Source: an uncultured virus (IMG/VR IMGVR_UViG_3300047673_000352)
Lineage: Duplodnaviria > Heunggongvirae > Uroviricota > Caudoviricetes
IMG/VR virus record: IMGVR_UViG_3300047673_000352
Strand: one strand, 5' to 3'
DNA length: 64,000 nt
The notes under the pieces were generated by a model. It had not been told where the DNA came from. It worked only from the letters and a program-made list of their open reading frames with translations, and made no database searches. Numbering within the stretch: the first letter of the stretch is position 1; each line of letters opens with the position of its first letter. Below are positions 47,349-56,052 of the stretch, in pieces. A program made the translations under genes and the position numbers.

Positions 47349-48128
47349 ATGGGCACAATATCAAGGCGCGTTCTATTAGACGGCTCTGTGCGGTTCCAAG
47401 CTAAGGTGCGCAGAAAAGGGCACAAAACCCTCAGCGCGACGTTTCGTGAAGAGTCTATGGCAAAGGCCTGGGCTGACATTCAAGAGGTCCGGTTGGATGG
47501 CTTCTCGCTCGATATCAACTTGGACACGCTAAGTAGCATCACGGTTGGAGATATCATAAAGAAGTACGCCGACGAAGTAGCGCCGAAGCACCACGGCTAC
47601 GAAAGCGAGCGCTTCACTATCCAGCGCTGGCTCAGATTGCCGTTTAGTCGCTCACCGGTCAGCGCCTTCGATCAGTCAGCGTTAGAGATGTATGCGCGCT
47701 GGCGCTCTTCTGCTGTCACAAAATCAACGCTCCGAAGAGAATTCAACATACTGTCTGCGGTATTCAGGAACGCGACTTCGATTGGCGTCCGTTGCCATGA
47801 ACTCAACTTCAGATCATTGACCGCTGATGAACTTATCGGCATCTATGTGCTTTCATTTCCGAACGGCATGAAGTACGTGGGTCAGTCGGTCAGCATATCA
47901 TCCCGCCTGTACCAGCACGAGTACGCCTTAAGGCGCAACCGCCACTACAACGCGCGCTTGCAGTCTACAGCCAATCAATTCGGAATAGACGCGATGAGTG
48001 TCGATGTGTTCCGGTGCAGTCGCGAACAGCTTAACGACGAAGAGCAAAGGATCATAGAACTCGTCGCGCCTGATCGACTTCTCAACCACGTAAACGCTCC
48101 ATGCACAAGAATAAAGGCCCAATCATGA
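47349..48128 (+). CDS. Chimeric protein: tyrosine-integrase N-terminal and core-binding domains fused to a GIY-YIG endonuclease
   Basis: FQAKVRRKG....SATF....AKAWA; TVGDII.KY..EV.P; STLRRE.NILSAVF; then GIY...YVGQS....R..QH...E...LN. Confidence 0.8.
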   Translation: MGTISRRVLLDGSVRFQAKVRRKGHKTLSATFREESMAKAWADIQEVRLDGFSLDINLDTLSSITVGDIIKKYADEVAPKHHGYESERFTIQRWLRLPFSRSPVSAFDQSALEMYARWRSSAVTKSTLRREFNILSAVFRNATSIGVRCHELNFRSLTADELIGIYVLSFPNGMKYVGQSVSISSRLYQHEYALRRNRHYNARLQSTANQFGIDAMSVDVFRCSREQLNDEEQRIIELVAPDRLLNHVNAPCTRIKAQS

Positions 48129-49276
48129 ACGCGCCCGCTGAGCTCAGCTTTAATCCTGAGCAGCAAGAAGGTATTCAACGAATCGTCGCCTGGTTTAAGG
48201 GCTGGCAAGACCGTAAGCACCGCAAACAGATTTTCGCGCTCGCGGGCCGCGCCGGTACGGGCAAGACCTCGTTGGCGCAGGCGGCTGCGACCAGCTGCAC
48301 GAGCGAGTACCGAGTGGTGTTCATCGCGCCGACCGGAAAGGCTGCGAGCCGGTTGCGCCAGAAGGGCTGCAAGGGCGCAAAGACCCTGCACCAGTTCGTC
48401 TATAACGTGCGCGGCGAGGACGAAGACGGCGACCCGATATTTGTGGAGAAGGGCTTCAATAAGGAAACGCCGCTGCTTATCGTGCTGGATGAAGGCTCGA
48501 TGGTGGGCGAGTACGATATGAAGGCGCTGCTGCGGTTCAATATTCCGGTGCTGGTACTCTGCGACTTGGGCCAGCTGCAACCGGTTAAGGCACCGCCCTC
48601 GCTGACGCCTGAACACATCGACTTCGAACTGACCCAGATCATGCGTCAGGCCGCTGAATCGAACATCATACGCGCTGCCGGATTCGTTCGCGACGGTAAG
48701 CGGTTGCCGTTGCGCGAGTATCCGGATGTAAGAGTGCGGGCCGGAAATCCGCCGCTGGACGAGTTGATCGCGCACTCCGGCATTGATTCGCAAATTCTGT
48801 GTTCGTACAACAACACCAGGGTGGCCGTGAACCGGAAGATTCGGGAAGCTCTGGGATTCACCGGCGACACACCGAATGTGGGCGAGAAGGTCATGTGCTG
48901 GTTCAATCAGCACGCCCATAACTTCATGAACGGTGAGCAGGGCATTGTGCTGGGATTCGATACGCTGCGCGACGACGAACTCAACGAAGACGAACCGGAT
49001 GAACTCCAGATCATGCGGCTGAAGTCGTTGACCGATGGCCGCGAGCGTCGTGTGAAGTTCAACCCGTTGTCATTCCACCGCGATCCTGAAGTGTCGGGAC
49101 CGGCGCTGAAGGGCGTGGGCGGCTTCCAGTTCGGCTGGTGCTGCACGATCCATAAGAGCCAGGGCAGCGAGTGGGACAACGTGCTGGTGTTTGAAGAGAT
49201 GATGGGTGACTATGCAAAGATGCAATATACCGCCTATACCCGCGCCGCTAAGGTTTTGACTGTTTACAGAGGATAA
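48125..49276 (+). CDS. Dda/RecD-like SF1B helicase
   Basis: GRAGTGKT, APTGKAA, DEGSMV, D.GQL.PV, TIHKSQGSEW, YTA.TRA. Confidence 0.92.
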   Translation: MNAPAELSFNPEQQEGIQRIVAWFKGWQDRKHRKQIFALAGRAGTGKTSLAQAAATSCTSEYRVVFIAPTGKAASRLRQKGCKGAKTLHQFVYNVRGEDEDGDPIFVEKGFNKETPLLIVLDEGSMVGEYDMKALLRFNIPVLVLCDLGQLQPVKAPPSLTPEHIDFELTQIMRQAAESNIIRAAGFVRDGKRLPLREYPDVRVRAGNPPLDELIAHSGIDSQILCSYNNTRVAVNRKIREALGFTGDTPNVGEKVMCWFNQHAHNFMNGEQGIVLGFDTLRDDELNEDEPDELQIMRLKSLTDGRERRVKFNPLSFHRDPEVSGPALKGVGGFQFGWCCTIHKSQGSEWDNVLVFEEMMGDYAKMQYTAYTRAAKVLTVYRG

Positions 49277-49450
49277 CTAAGCAATGAGCAAACAATCCGA
49301 CTCGATGACCACGGCCCAATCGGTCTGCCTGGCTGCGGTAATCATCGCGATCATCGCAGCAGCGGTCGCACTCGTAATCGCCGGTGACGGCGTTTGGGTT
49401 ATGTGGTTCATCATCCTTCTTGGCCTCATTTTCTTTTAGGAGTTCATATC

Positions 49451-49666
49451 ATGTCAGGTCTTCAAATGAAGTATTTCGTCGTTAAGCCTGCTGGTGACGA
49501 CACGTACGCCAAGGCGAGTCGCGCGGCCATTCGCTGCTACGCTCGCCATATCGAAGCTGCCAACCCTGAGTTTGCCAAGGAGTTGAACGAATGGGCGCAG
49601 CGCGAAGAGGAAGCGAGCGATGACCGGCTGGCCAATCCGCACGCGATCCATCCGGTGACGCCATGA
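49451..49666 (+). CDS. Hypothetical protein
   Basis: AGGAG RBS; KYFV.KP..DD.YA. Confidence 0.6.
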   Translation: MSGLQMKYFVVKPAGDDTYAKASRAAIRCYARHIEAANPEFAKELNEWAQREEEASDDRLANPHAIHPVTP

Positions 49667-49908
49667 CCATCAACTCCACGACCGCTTGGCAGTCGGACCT
49701 CTCACCCGGCACGATCTTCAAGACGCGTGAAGAGGCGCAGGAATTCGAGCGCGTCATTATTCCGCGCAAACTCGTTTCCAGCGTCATTGACGAGTACGGC
49801 TCAAGCGGTTGCGTCTGCACCGATTATGACGACGCCATCGACAAGATCGTTGAAGCGTTAGGTGAACTTTGGAGTGTGCAAGGATACGTTAAGCCACGAA
49901 GTGGTTGA
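49663..49908 (+). CDS. Hypothetical protein
   Basis: ATGA coupling. Confidence 0.55.
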   Translation: MTINSTTAWQSDLSPGTIFKTREEAQEFERVIIPRKLVSSVIDEYGSSGCVCTDYDDAIDKIVEALGELWSVQGYVKPRSG

Positions 49909-50030
49909 CGGGCGCGGTTCTCGCGTCAGTTAGGATATCTGAACACTTCGAATTTGAAGCGCGCAGGTATAATTCAACCACAGGCAAACGAATTGCCTAA
50001 CCCATCGAAAACCTTAAGGAGAATTAAACA

Positions 50031-50828
50031 ATGTCGCACGGTCATCACCACAACGTATCGGACGCGGGTCACTCGCACAACATCGCTCAGTCGGTTCAAA
50101 CGGCTGTGCAAGAAACGTCGGTGGAGTTGACCGCCGAACAGAAGAAGGCGCAGGACGACGCCGCGAAGCAAGCAGCGAAAGAAGCCGCGAACGCCGCCAA
50201 GGAAGCCAAGCGCAAGGCTGCTGCCGAAGAGCGCGAAGCGAAGAAGGCAGCGAAGCTCGCAGAGCGCGAAGCCGCGAACGCGGAGAAGGAAGCAGAGCGC
50301 CAGGCGAAGGCCGCAACGCGCGAAGCAGAAAAGGCGCAGAAGGCTGCTGAACGCGCCGAAAAGCTCGCTGCCGAGAAGGAAGCGAAGAAGGCCGAACGCG
50401 AAGCCGCAAAGCTGGCGAAGAAGGCTGAAACGGACGCGGCCAAGGAAGCGAAGAAGGCCGAAACGGCAGCTGCGAAGGAAGCCGCGAAAGAAGCGCGCAA
50501 GGCTGAAGTGGCACGCCGCGCGGCCATGGTCGAAGAGCGCAAGGCGCAAACGAAGATCGACGGCGAGCGCCGCAGCAAGGCCACGCATGTCGTCTACACC
50601 GGCAACGGCATCAGCAACCCGCAGTCCACGTCGATCCGTGGCAAGGTTCTCGAACACATCCGCGAGAACTACAGCGTGGGCGACAAAATCGCCATCGAAA
50701 CGCTCGCGAAGGATTGCAAGCCGCTGCTGTACGGCGCGTCCATCCGTTCGTTCCTGTCGAAGCTGGAAGAGCGCTGCCACCTGGACTTCGTGACCGAATC
50801 GACGGACGAGCCGGCAGCAGCTGAATAA
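50031..50828 (+). CDS. Ala/Glu/Lys-rich coiled-coil protein with small globular C-terminal domain
   Basis: Low-complexity AEK repeats; TATAAT at 49968, AAGGAG RBS and its own terminator. Confidence 0.8.
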   Translation: MSHGHHHNVSDAGHSHNIAQSVQTAVQETSVELTAEQKKAQDDAAKQAAKEAANAAKEAKRKAAAEEREAKKAAKLAEREAANAEKEAERQAKAATREAEKAQKAAERAEKLAAEKEAKKAEREAAKLAKKAETDAAKEAKKAETAAAKEAAKEARKAEVARRAAMVEERKAQTKIDGERRSKATHVVYTGNGISNPQSTSIRGKVLEHIRENYSVGDKIAIETLAKDCKPLLYGASIRSFLSKLEERCHLDFVTESTDEPAAAE

Positions 50829-50857
50829 GCCGCTCCACCGCGTCGCTGTAGACTAAG

Positions 50858-50884
50858 AACCCGGCCCAGTGCCGGGTTTTTCTT
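50858..50884 (+). terminator. Intrinsic terminator
   Basis: AACCCGGC-ccagt-GCCGGGTT followed by a T tract. Confidence 0.85.
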
Positions 50885-50910
50885 CACCTCACACTTAGTG
50901 ACTATCAGAA

Positions 50911-51867
50911 ATGGATAAAACCATCATCGTTGGGGCGGGACTCGCTGGCCTCATCACCGCATGCAAGATCAAGGACGCGACCATCTATGAGGCCGGAAAA
51001 CAGCTGGAGCAGCACAAGGCTCTTCTGCGCTTTCGCGATGAGTCCGTTTCTCATCTCACTGGCATTCCTTTCCGTGCTGTTACCGTCCACAAGGGAATCC
51101 ACATCGGAGCGCAAACGTATGACCGATGCACGCCCGCCTTTGCGAACGCGTATGCCCGGAAGGTCACCGGCAAGATCGCGGCTGACCGCAGCATCTGGAA
51201 TCTCGACACGGTTGTGCGTTACATTGCGCCGGAAGACTTCTACCATCAGCTGGTCACTCGCCATAGTTCGCGCATCCGGTGGGAGACTGCGATGCACGCG
51301 GATTCCATCGTGTACGGCCAGAAAGAATACAAGTTCGTCAATACCGCGCCGCTGCCTGTGATCATGAAGGCGTGCGGCTTGCACCAGGGCAGCTTGCCTG
51401 AAGCGCTTTTCGAATCCAGCAAGATCGAAGTGCTGCGCTATCGCCTTCCCGCTGGCACGGATGTGTTCCAAACGCTTTACTTCCCAGAGTCGGATATCCG
51501 CTGCTTCCGCGCGTCGATCACCAGCGACCTGCTGATTGTCGAGCGCGTCAAGGGCATCGAGTGCAACCGCTTTCCGGAGTCTGTCGAGCTATCGTACATC
51601 TGCGCGGCTTTCGGCCTGGATGCGTTCGCGGACCTGACTGAGATTGAACGCGTGGACCAGCGCTATGGTAAGATAATTGAATTGCCGCGTGATACTCGCG
51701 AAGCCATTCTGTTCGAACTGACGCACGCGTACAACGTGTTCAGCATCGGTCGGTTCGCGACGTGGCGCAATCTTTTGCTGGACGATGTGGTTAAGGATAT
51801 CGACATTGTTCAGCAACTCATGGCAGCGTCCTCGTATGGGCGCGCAAAGGTGCTGGCGCATCGGTAG
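50911..51867 (+). CDS. FAD-dependent protein, UDP-galactopyranose-mutase-like fold
   Basis: IIVGAGLAGL...IYE Rossmann motif; NTAPL; C-terminal GRFATWRNLLLDDVV. Confidence 0.7.
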   Translation: MDKTIIVGAGLAGLITACKIKDATIYEAGKQLEQHKALLRFRDESVSHLTGIPFRAVTVHKGIHIGAQTYDRCTPAFANAYARKVTGKIAADRSIWNLDTVVRYIAPEDFYHQLVTRHSSRIRWETAMHADSIVYGQKEYKFVNTAPLPVIMKACGLHQGSLPEALFESSKIEVLRYRLPAGTDVFQTLYFPESDIRCFRASITSDLLIVERVKGIECNRFPESVELSYICAAFGLDAFADLTEIERVDQRYGKIIELPRDTREAILFELTHAYNVFSIGRFATWRNLLLDDVVKDIDIVQQLMAASSYGRAKVLAHR

Positions 51868-51876
51868 GAGAGCGAA

Positions 51877-52101
51877 GTGAGCCGTCAACCGTATCACATC
51901 AACCAAGGATCGCAGCTGTATAGTGATCTAATCACCGTCTTACGTCTTCTTGGAGAAGGCGGCACACCCATCTCTTTATTTCAGCGACCAGACGGAAAGA
52001 CCTGGGTTCTGGGCGTGCGCGGAAAGACGTTTGAAGACCTCTCGCTGAACCGCGTAATCGAGCGAGCAGGCCGCGAGCTTACAACGGTATTCGACCGTTA
52101 A
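51877..52101 (+). CDS. Hypothetical protein
   Basis: AGGAG RBS with GTG start. Confidence 0.6.
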   Translation: MSRQPYHINQGSQLYSDLITVLRLLGEGGTPISLFQRPDGKTWVLGVRGKTFEDLSLNRVIERAGRELTTVFDR

Positions 52102-52115
52102 CAAAGGAGTGTATC

Positions 52116-52700
52116 ATGATGTTCTTTACAGAACCCGCTGTATCGCAACACCCGCTTTACATCTTCGATCTGGGCGGCACGCTGGCCTTTATCGACCATC
52201 GCCGTCACCTGGTAACTGCACCTGACGATAATAGCTGTCGCCACTGCTTCCAGGGCCATGCATACGACGATGCAAACGGATCGGCGCAATGCCCTGCTTG
52301 CAAGGGCACCGGAAAGTTCGTGCCTGACTGGGATGCCTTCTTCGAAGCCTGTGACCGTGACGCGCCCAATTGGCCCGTCATCGGCACGATGCTGCAGTTG
52401 TACAGCGTTGGTTGCGACATCCGTATCTGGAGCGGTCGCAGCGACGCTGTGAAGCAGAAGACGCTGATGTGGCTGCACGCGGCAACCCGGATTCCGCTGA
52501 TCAAGCTGGAGATGATGCTGAAGATGCGCGCGGCTGACGACTTCACGCCAGACGACCAGCTGAAGCGCAAGTGGCTCAACCTCATGGGCAAGCAGGAGCG
52601 TGCACGCCTCTCCGCTGTGTTCGATGACCGCAACAAGGTTGTCGCAATGTGGCGTGAAGCGGGCGTGCCGTGCTTTCAAGTCGCTCTAGGAGAGTTCTGA
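52116..52700 (+). CDS. HAD phosphatase (T4 PNK 3'-phosphatase-like) with inserted Zn finger
   Basis: FDLGGTL, SGR, D...K, FDDR.KVV.MWR..G..CFQV; CRHC...CPACKGTG insert. Confidence 0.8.
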   Translation: MMFFTEPAVSQHPLYIFDLGGTLAFIDHRRHLVTAPDDNSCRHCFQGHAYDDANGSAQCPACKGTGKFVPDWDAFFEACDRDAPNWPVIGTMLQLYSVGCDIRIWSGRSDAVKQKTLMWLHAATRIPLIKLEMMLKMRAADDFTPDDQLKRKWLNLMGKQERARLSAVFDDRNKVVAMWREAGVPCFQVALGEF

Positions 52701-52924
52701 TGGACTTGCGCAAACTCAGAGCCGCGAATGTTCTCATTGACGAACTCGATGAGATCGACGGCAAGATCAATAAGGTGAAGAACCACCTTGGCGTCACGCT
52801 TTATGGCGCGTACCAGGATGAGGTCATCTGCGATGTTGCACGTCCTGCGCTCCTTGCACACTTCAATGAAAAGCGTGCACAAATCGTTGCGCAACTCAAG
52901 GAATTGGGCGTAACTGCTGATTGA
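52700..52924 (+). CDS. Hypothetical protein
   Basis: AGGAG RBS; TGATG coupling. Confidence 0.6.
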   Translation: MDLRKLRAANVLIDELDEIDGKINKVKNHLGVTLYGAYQDEVICDVARPALLAHFNEKRAQIVAQLKELGVTAD

Positions 52925-53020
52925 TTCCACTCGCTTAGAACAGAGGTAGTCAGTTACGATTACCTCACTTAAACGAATTGCCTAAGTAGTTCTTACCAAC
53001 ACAGAAAGGAGCAGAAAGAC

Positions 53021-53473
53021 ATGCAAACGAACCGCGACCCGATGCACGCCGCTGGCGGCGACTTCATCACCGGCCAAATGCAGCGCGAGCAGGCCACGAG
53101 CAATCAAACTTTGACGGCTCGCCAGCGCTCCAAGCGCGTGACGCTGACCATGAAGGACGACTATGCGCTGGTCCAGTGGATGCACAACCGCGAGCCGCAG
53201 TATGGCGAAACGCCGCAAGACATCTTCGTCCAGGCCAGCGCCGCGCTGAACATCCCAGGCCTGAACTCCGACCACATCCGCACGCGCCTGATCGCCCTGG
53301 CGGATACGTTGCCCAAGGCGAAGTGCGCACCGCTCTCGTTGGAACAGCGCATCGACCGGCTGGAGCGTCTGGGCGTGATCATCGCACGTCTGCGCACGAA
53401 CGGCGATTCTGGCACGGTGGCAGAACTCGCGTTCCTGGCGGACTTCGAGAACGCCGTTGCTCAAGCATCTTAA
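53021..53473 (+). CDS. Hypothetical protein
   Basis: AAGGAG RBS. Confidence 0.6.
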   Translation: MQTNRDPMHAAGGDFITGQMQREQATSNQTLTARQRSKRVTLTMKDDYALVQWMHNREPQYGETPQDIFVQASAALNIPGLNSDHIRTRLIALADTLPKAKCAPLSLEQRIDRLERLGVIIARLRTNGDSGTVAELAFLADFENAVAQAS

Positions 53474-53502
53474 ATCGTCGGCAAGCAATTAGGAATCCGA
53501 AC

Positions 53503-54366
53503 ATGCAAGTCAAACTCATCAGCCACACGCCTGACGCGCTGAACCTTCTCATCGGCACGAAGACCACGCGCATGCGCGGCAAGTCGCCGGAAGAGATGAC
53601 CGACGCAGAGCGATACGAGCACTTCAGCTACATGCTCGACACGATCAAGTCGCCGTTTGAATTCGTTGACTACATCTTCGAGATCACCGGCGTGAGCAAG
53701 AATTTTTCGCATCAACTCGTGCGTACACGTACTGGCGCATACCAGCAGGAAACGAGTCGCGCTCTGGAAGTTACGGAAACGGTGCGGCCTGACGCGTTTG
53801 CATGGCCCGATCTTTCCGATGAAGCACCTTACGATCAATCGACGGCCAAACAATGCTCGCTCGCAAGCTTGTTTGATGACGCCGTTGCGGACGCCAACGC
53901 GCACTACCAGCAGTTGATCGCAGCTGGGGCCGCGCTCCAAGACGCTCGCGCCGTCCTTCCGTCGAATATGCAGACGGCAATCAAGGCGAAGTTCAACCTG
54001 CGTACGATGTCCGATATGGCCAAGAACCGGCTCTGCGCGCGTACGCAAGGCGAATACCAGCAGGCGTACCGGCTCATGCGCGCGGCTGTTCTCGCCGTCC
54101 ATCCGTGGGCTGATCCGTTGTTGCAAGTCGCCTGCGTTGCGACCGGCCAGTGCGCCTTCCCGCGTTGGGGCGGAAAGGTTCTGAATCCGAATGACGCTGC
54201 TGACAAGGCGGTGATCGAGAGGCGTGGTGGAGCGATCTACCAATGCCCGCATTACCGTCCGTGGATGGACCTGGCGAAGCAGAAAGAAGAGTTGCGCATT
54301 TCGTTCTGGAGTCGCGAGGAACTGGCACAAGCCAACCCGGTCGCAAAGAACGGCAAGAGCATGTAA
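53503..54366 (+). CDS. thyX: Divergent flavin-dependent thymidylate synthase homologue
   Basis: SPFEF..Y.FEI.GVS....HQLVR.R, DAR.VLP, N.R........R.C...Q.E; signature altered to RTR-x7-T. Confidence 0.8.
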   Translation: MQVKLISHTPDALNLLIGTKTTRMRGKSPEEMTDAERYEHFSYMLDTIKSPFEFVDYIFEITGVSKNFSHQLVRTRTGAYQQETSRALEVTETVRPDAFAWPDLSDEAPYDQSTAKQCSLASLFDDAVADANAHYQQLIAAGAALQDARAVLPSNMQTAIKAKFNLRTMSDMAKNRLCARTQGEYQQAYRLMRAAVLAVHPWADPLLQVACVATGQCAFPRWGGKVLNPNDAADKAVIERRGGAIYQCPHYRPWMDLAKQKEELRISFWSREELAQANPVAKNGKSM

Positions 54367-54404
54367 CATTCCGTAGTACAACGAATAAGAAAAGGAACAA
54401 AGCC

Positions 54405-55151
54405 ATGAAGAAAGTTGCTGTAGTAGCCGCCCTAGCGTTTGCGTCCGTGGGAGCGCACGCTGAGTCCTGGTTCAGCTTTGAAGCTGGAGTAGGTGCGTCA
54501 TCCTACACGCGTGATGGCCCAGGCATCTACTACAGCCCTGGCTTCAAGTACAGCGCGCCGGTCAACGCTTTCGCATTCCGCGTGGGCGTCGTATCCACCG
54601 TCATCGACGCTAAGCCGCGCTCTTTCGTTCCTGGCTTGCGCATTCACGCCGACTATCTCAACTTCGGTGGCATCAAATGGTCATCCGACTCGCCGCAGGA
54701 TTCGAGTGACTTCACAGATCGCGGCATGGTCGGCGGCTACGATCCGAAAGCGAAGGCCTGCATCAACCATACGTGCGGGCAAATGTCTGACTTCGAATCG
54801 TTCGGACGTATCCAGGCGATTGCGCTGACGCTGGAGCCGTATTGGGCGCTGAAGAACGGCTGGACCGTAGGCGTCGAAGTTGGACCGGCGCTGTATCGCG
54901 ACACATGGGTTACAAGCGCAACCGTTCTCACGGACGGCTTCAAGCTTGGCCCGCCCGGAACGGTCCACCACCTGACAACGGAGCCGAAGTTGCACATGGG
55001 CACGGTCGTCGGCGCGAGCGTTTCGAAAGGCCCGTTCAGTGTCCGGTACACGTACATATTCGCGCGCCCGTCACAGACCGGTGCCCAAGATTGGCAATCG
55101 CAATCGGGTGTGACAGGGGCGCATATGCTGACCCTCAACTACACCTTCTAA
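54405..55151 (+). CDS. Outer-membrane beta-barrel protein
   Basis: Signal peptide MKKVAVVAALAFASVGAHA; alternating beta strands; terminal LTLNYTF beta-signal. Confidence 0.8.
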   Translation: MKKVAVVAALAFASVGAHAESWFSFEAGVGASSYTRDGPGIYYSPGFKYSAPVNAFAFRVGVVSTVIDAKPRSFVPGLRIHADYLNFGGIKWSSDSPQDSSDFTDRGMVGGYDPKAKACINHTCGQMSDFESFGRIQAIALTLEPYWALKNGWTVGVEVGPALYRDTWVTSATVLTDGFKLGPPGTVHHLTTEPKLHMGTVVGASVSKGPFSVRYTYIFARPSQTGAQDWQSQSGVTGAHMLTLNYTF

Positions 55152-55188
55152 ACGGTATTATCAACCCCTTCTCTCCAAGGTATATCAA

Positions 55189-56052
55189 ATGCCCCGTACC
55201 ATTAACGACAACATCGCCGTCTTCGATATCGACGGCTGCATCAGCGATGACGTGTGGCGTCGCGCCCGCATTCCGGAAGGCGCTGAGCACTCGCTTCAAT
55301 ACGAATACTATCACGCCGGTTGCAGCGATGATCCGCCCTTGGCCATCGGCTCAGAAGTGCTGCGCACGCACATCGCTCGCGGCGACTTCATCGTGTTCTG
55401 CACGGCACGTCCGATGAAGGTTTCTGGCGAGACATCGAAGTGGATCAGCGATCATTTCGGCATCTCGCCGGATGGTGACTTTGTCATCTTGATGCGTGGG
55501 GACGGCGACAACCGCAGCGCCGTCGAAGTGAAGCGTGAAATGGCAAGCTTCTTGCGCGGGTTCGAAGACCAGACCAAGCGCAAGGTCATCGCGGCGTACG
55601 ATGACCGACAAGACATCGTGGACATGTACCGCGAGAACGGATACATTGCGCAGCTGCTGGACGCGAACGGGCTGACGCCGCTGGCACCGGGCGCATCCTT
55701 TTTGCCGGAGGCAGACGCCGCGCTGCAGAAGCCGCTGAAGTTGCTTGGCGTGGCGGAGATTCTGGAAGAAGCCGCGCAGACCTTCCGCGAACGCAACGCT
55801 GTCTATCGCGACAACGCTGTGAAGGTTGGCGACTTGATGGCGGTGCTTTTCCCGCACGGCGTGACGCTTCGGACGGCTAAAGATCACCGCGCGTATCATC
55901 TGTTTGAGCTGATGATCGTCAAGCTGACGCGCTTCGTCAACAGCGATTTGCGTCACCAAGACTCGATCCGCGATCTGGCCGTGTACGCGGCGATGGTCGA
56001 GAGCCTTGTTGACCAGCACGAAATCGAAGTGCGCGACGAGTGGAGCGAATGA
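55189..56052 (+). CDS. HAD phosphatase fused to an all-alpha nucleotide-modification-associated (NTP-pyrophosphatase-like) domain
   Basis: FDIDGC, TAR, K, YDDR; C-terminal EILEEA......R...Y...K..R......H.DS..DLA.YA. Confidence 0.75.
   Translation: MPRTINDNIAVFDIDGCISDDVWRRARIPEGAEHSLQYEYYHAGCSDDPPLAIGSEVLRTHIARGDFIVFCTARPMKVSGETSKWISDHFGISPDGDFVILMRGDGDNRSAVEVKREMASFLRGFEDQTKRKVIAAYDDRQDIVDMYRENGYIAQLLDANGLTPLAPGASFLPEADAALQKPLKLLGVAEILEEAAQTFRERNAVYRDNAVKVGDLMAVLFPHGVTLRTAKDHRAYHLFELMIVKLTRFVNSDLRHQDSIRDLAVYAAMVESLVDQHEIEVRDEWSE

Noticed and set aside
47349..48128. Functional integrase implying a temperate lifestyle
   Set aside because: The R-H-R-Y catalytic domain is absent and replaced by GIY-YIG; no att site or lysogeny switch is seen.
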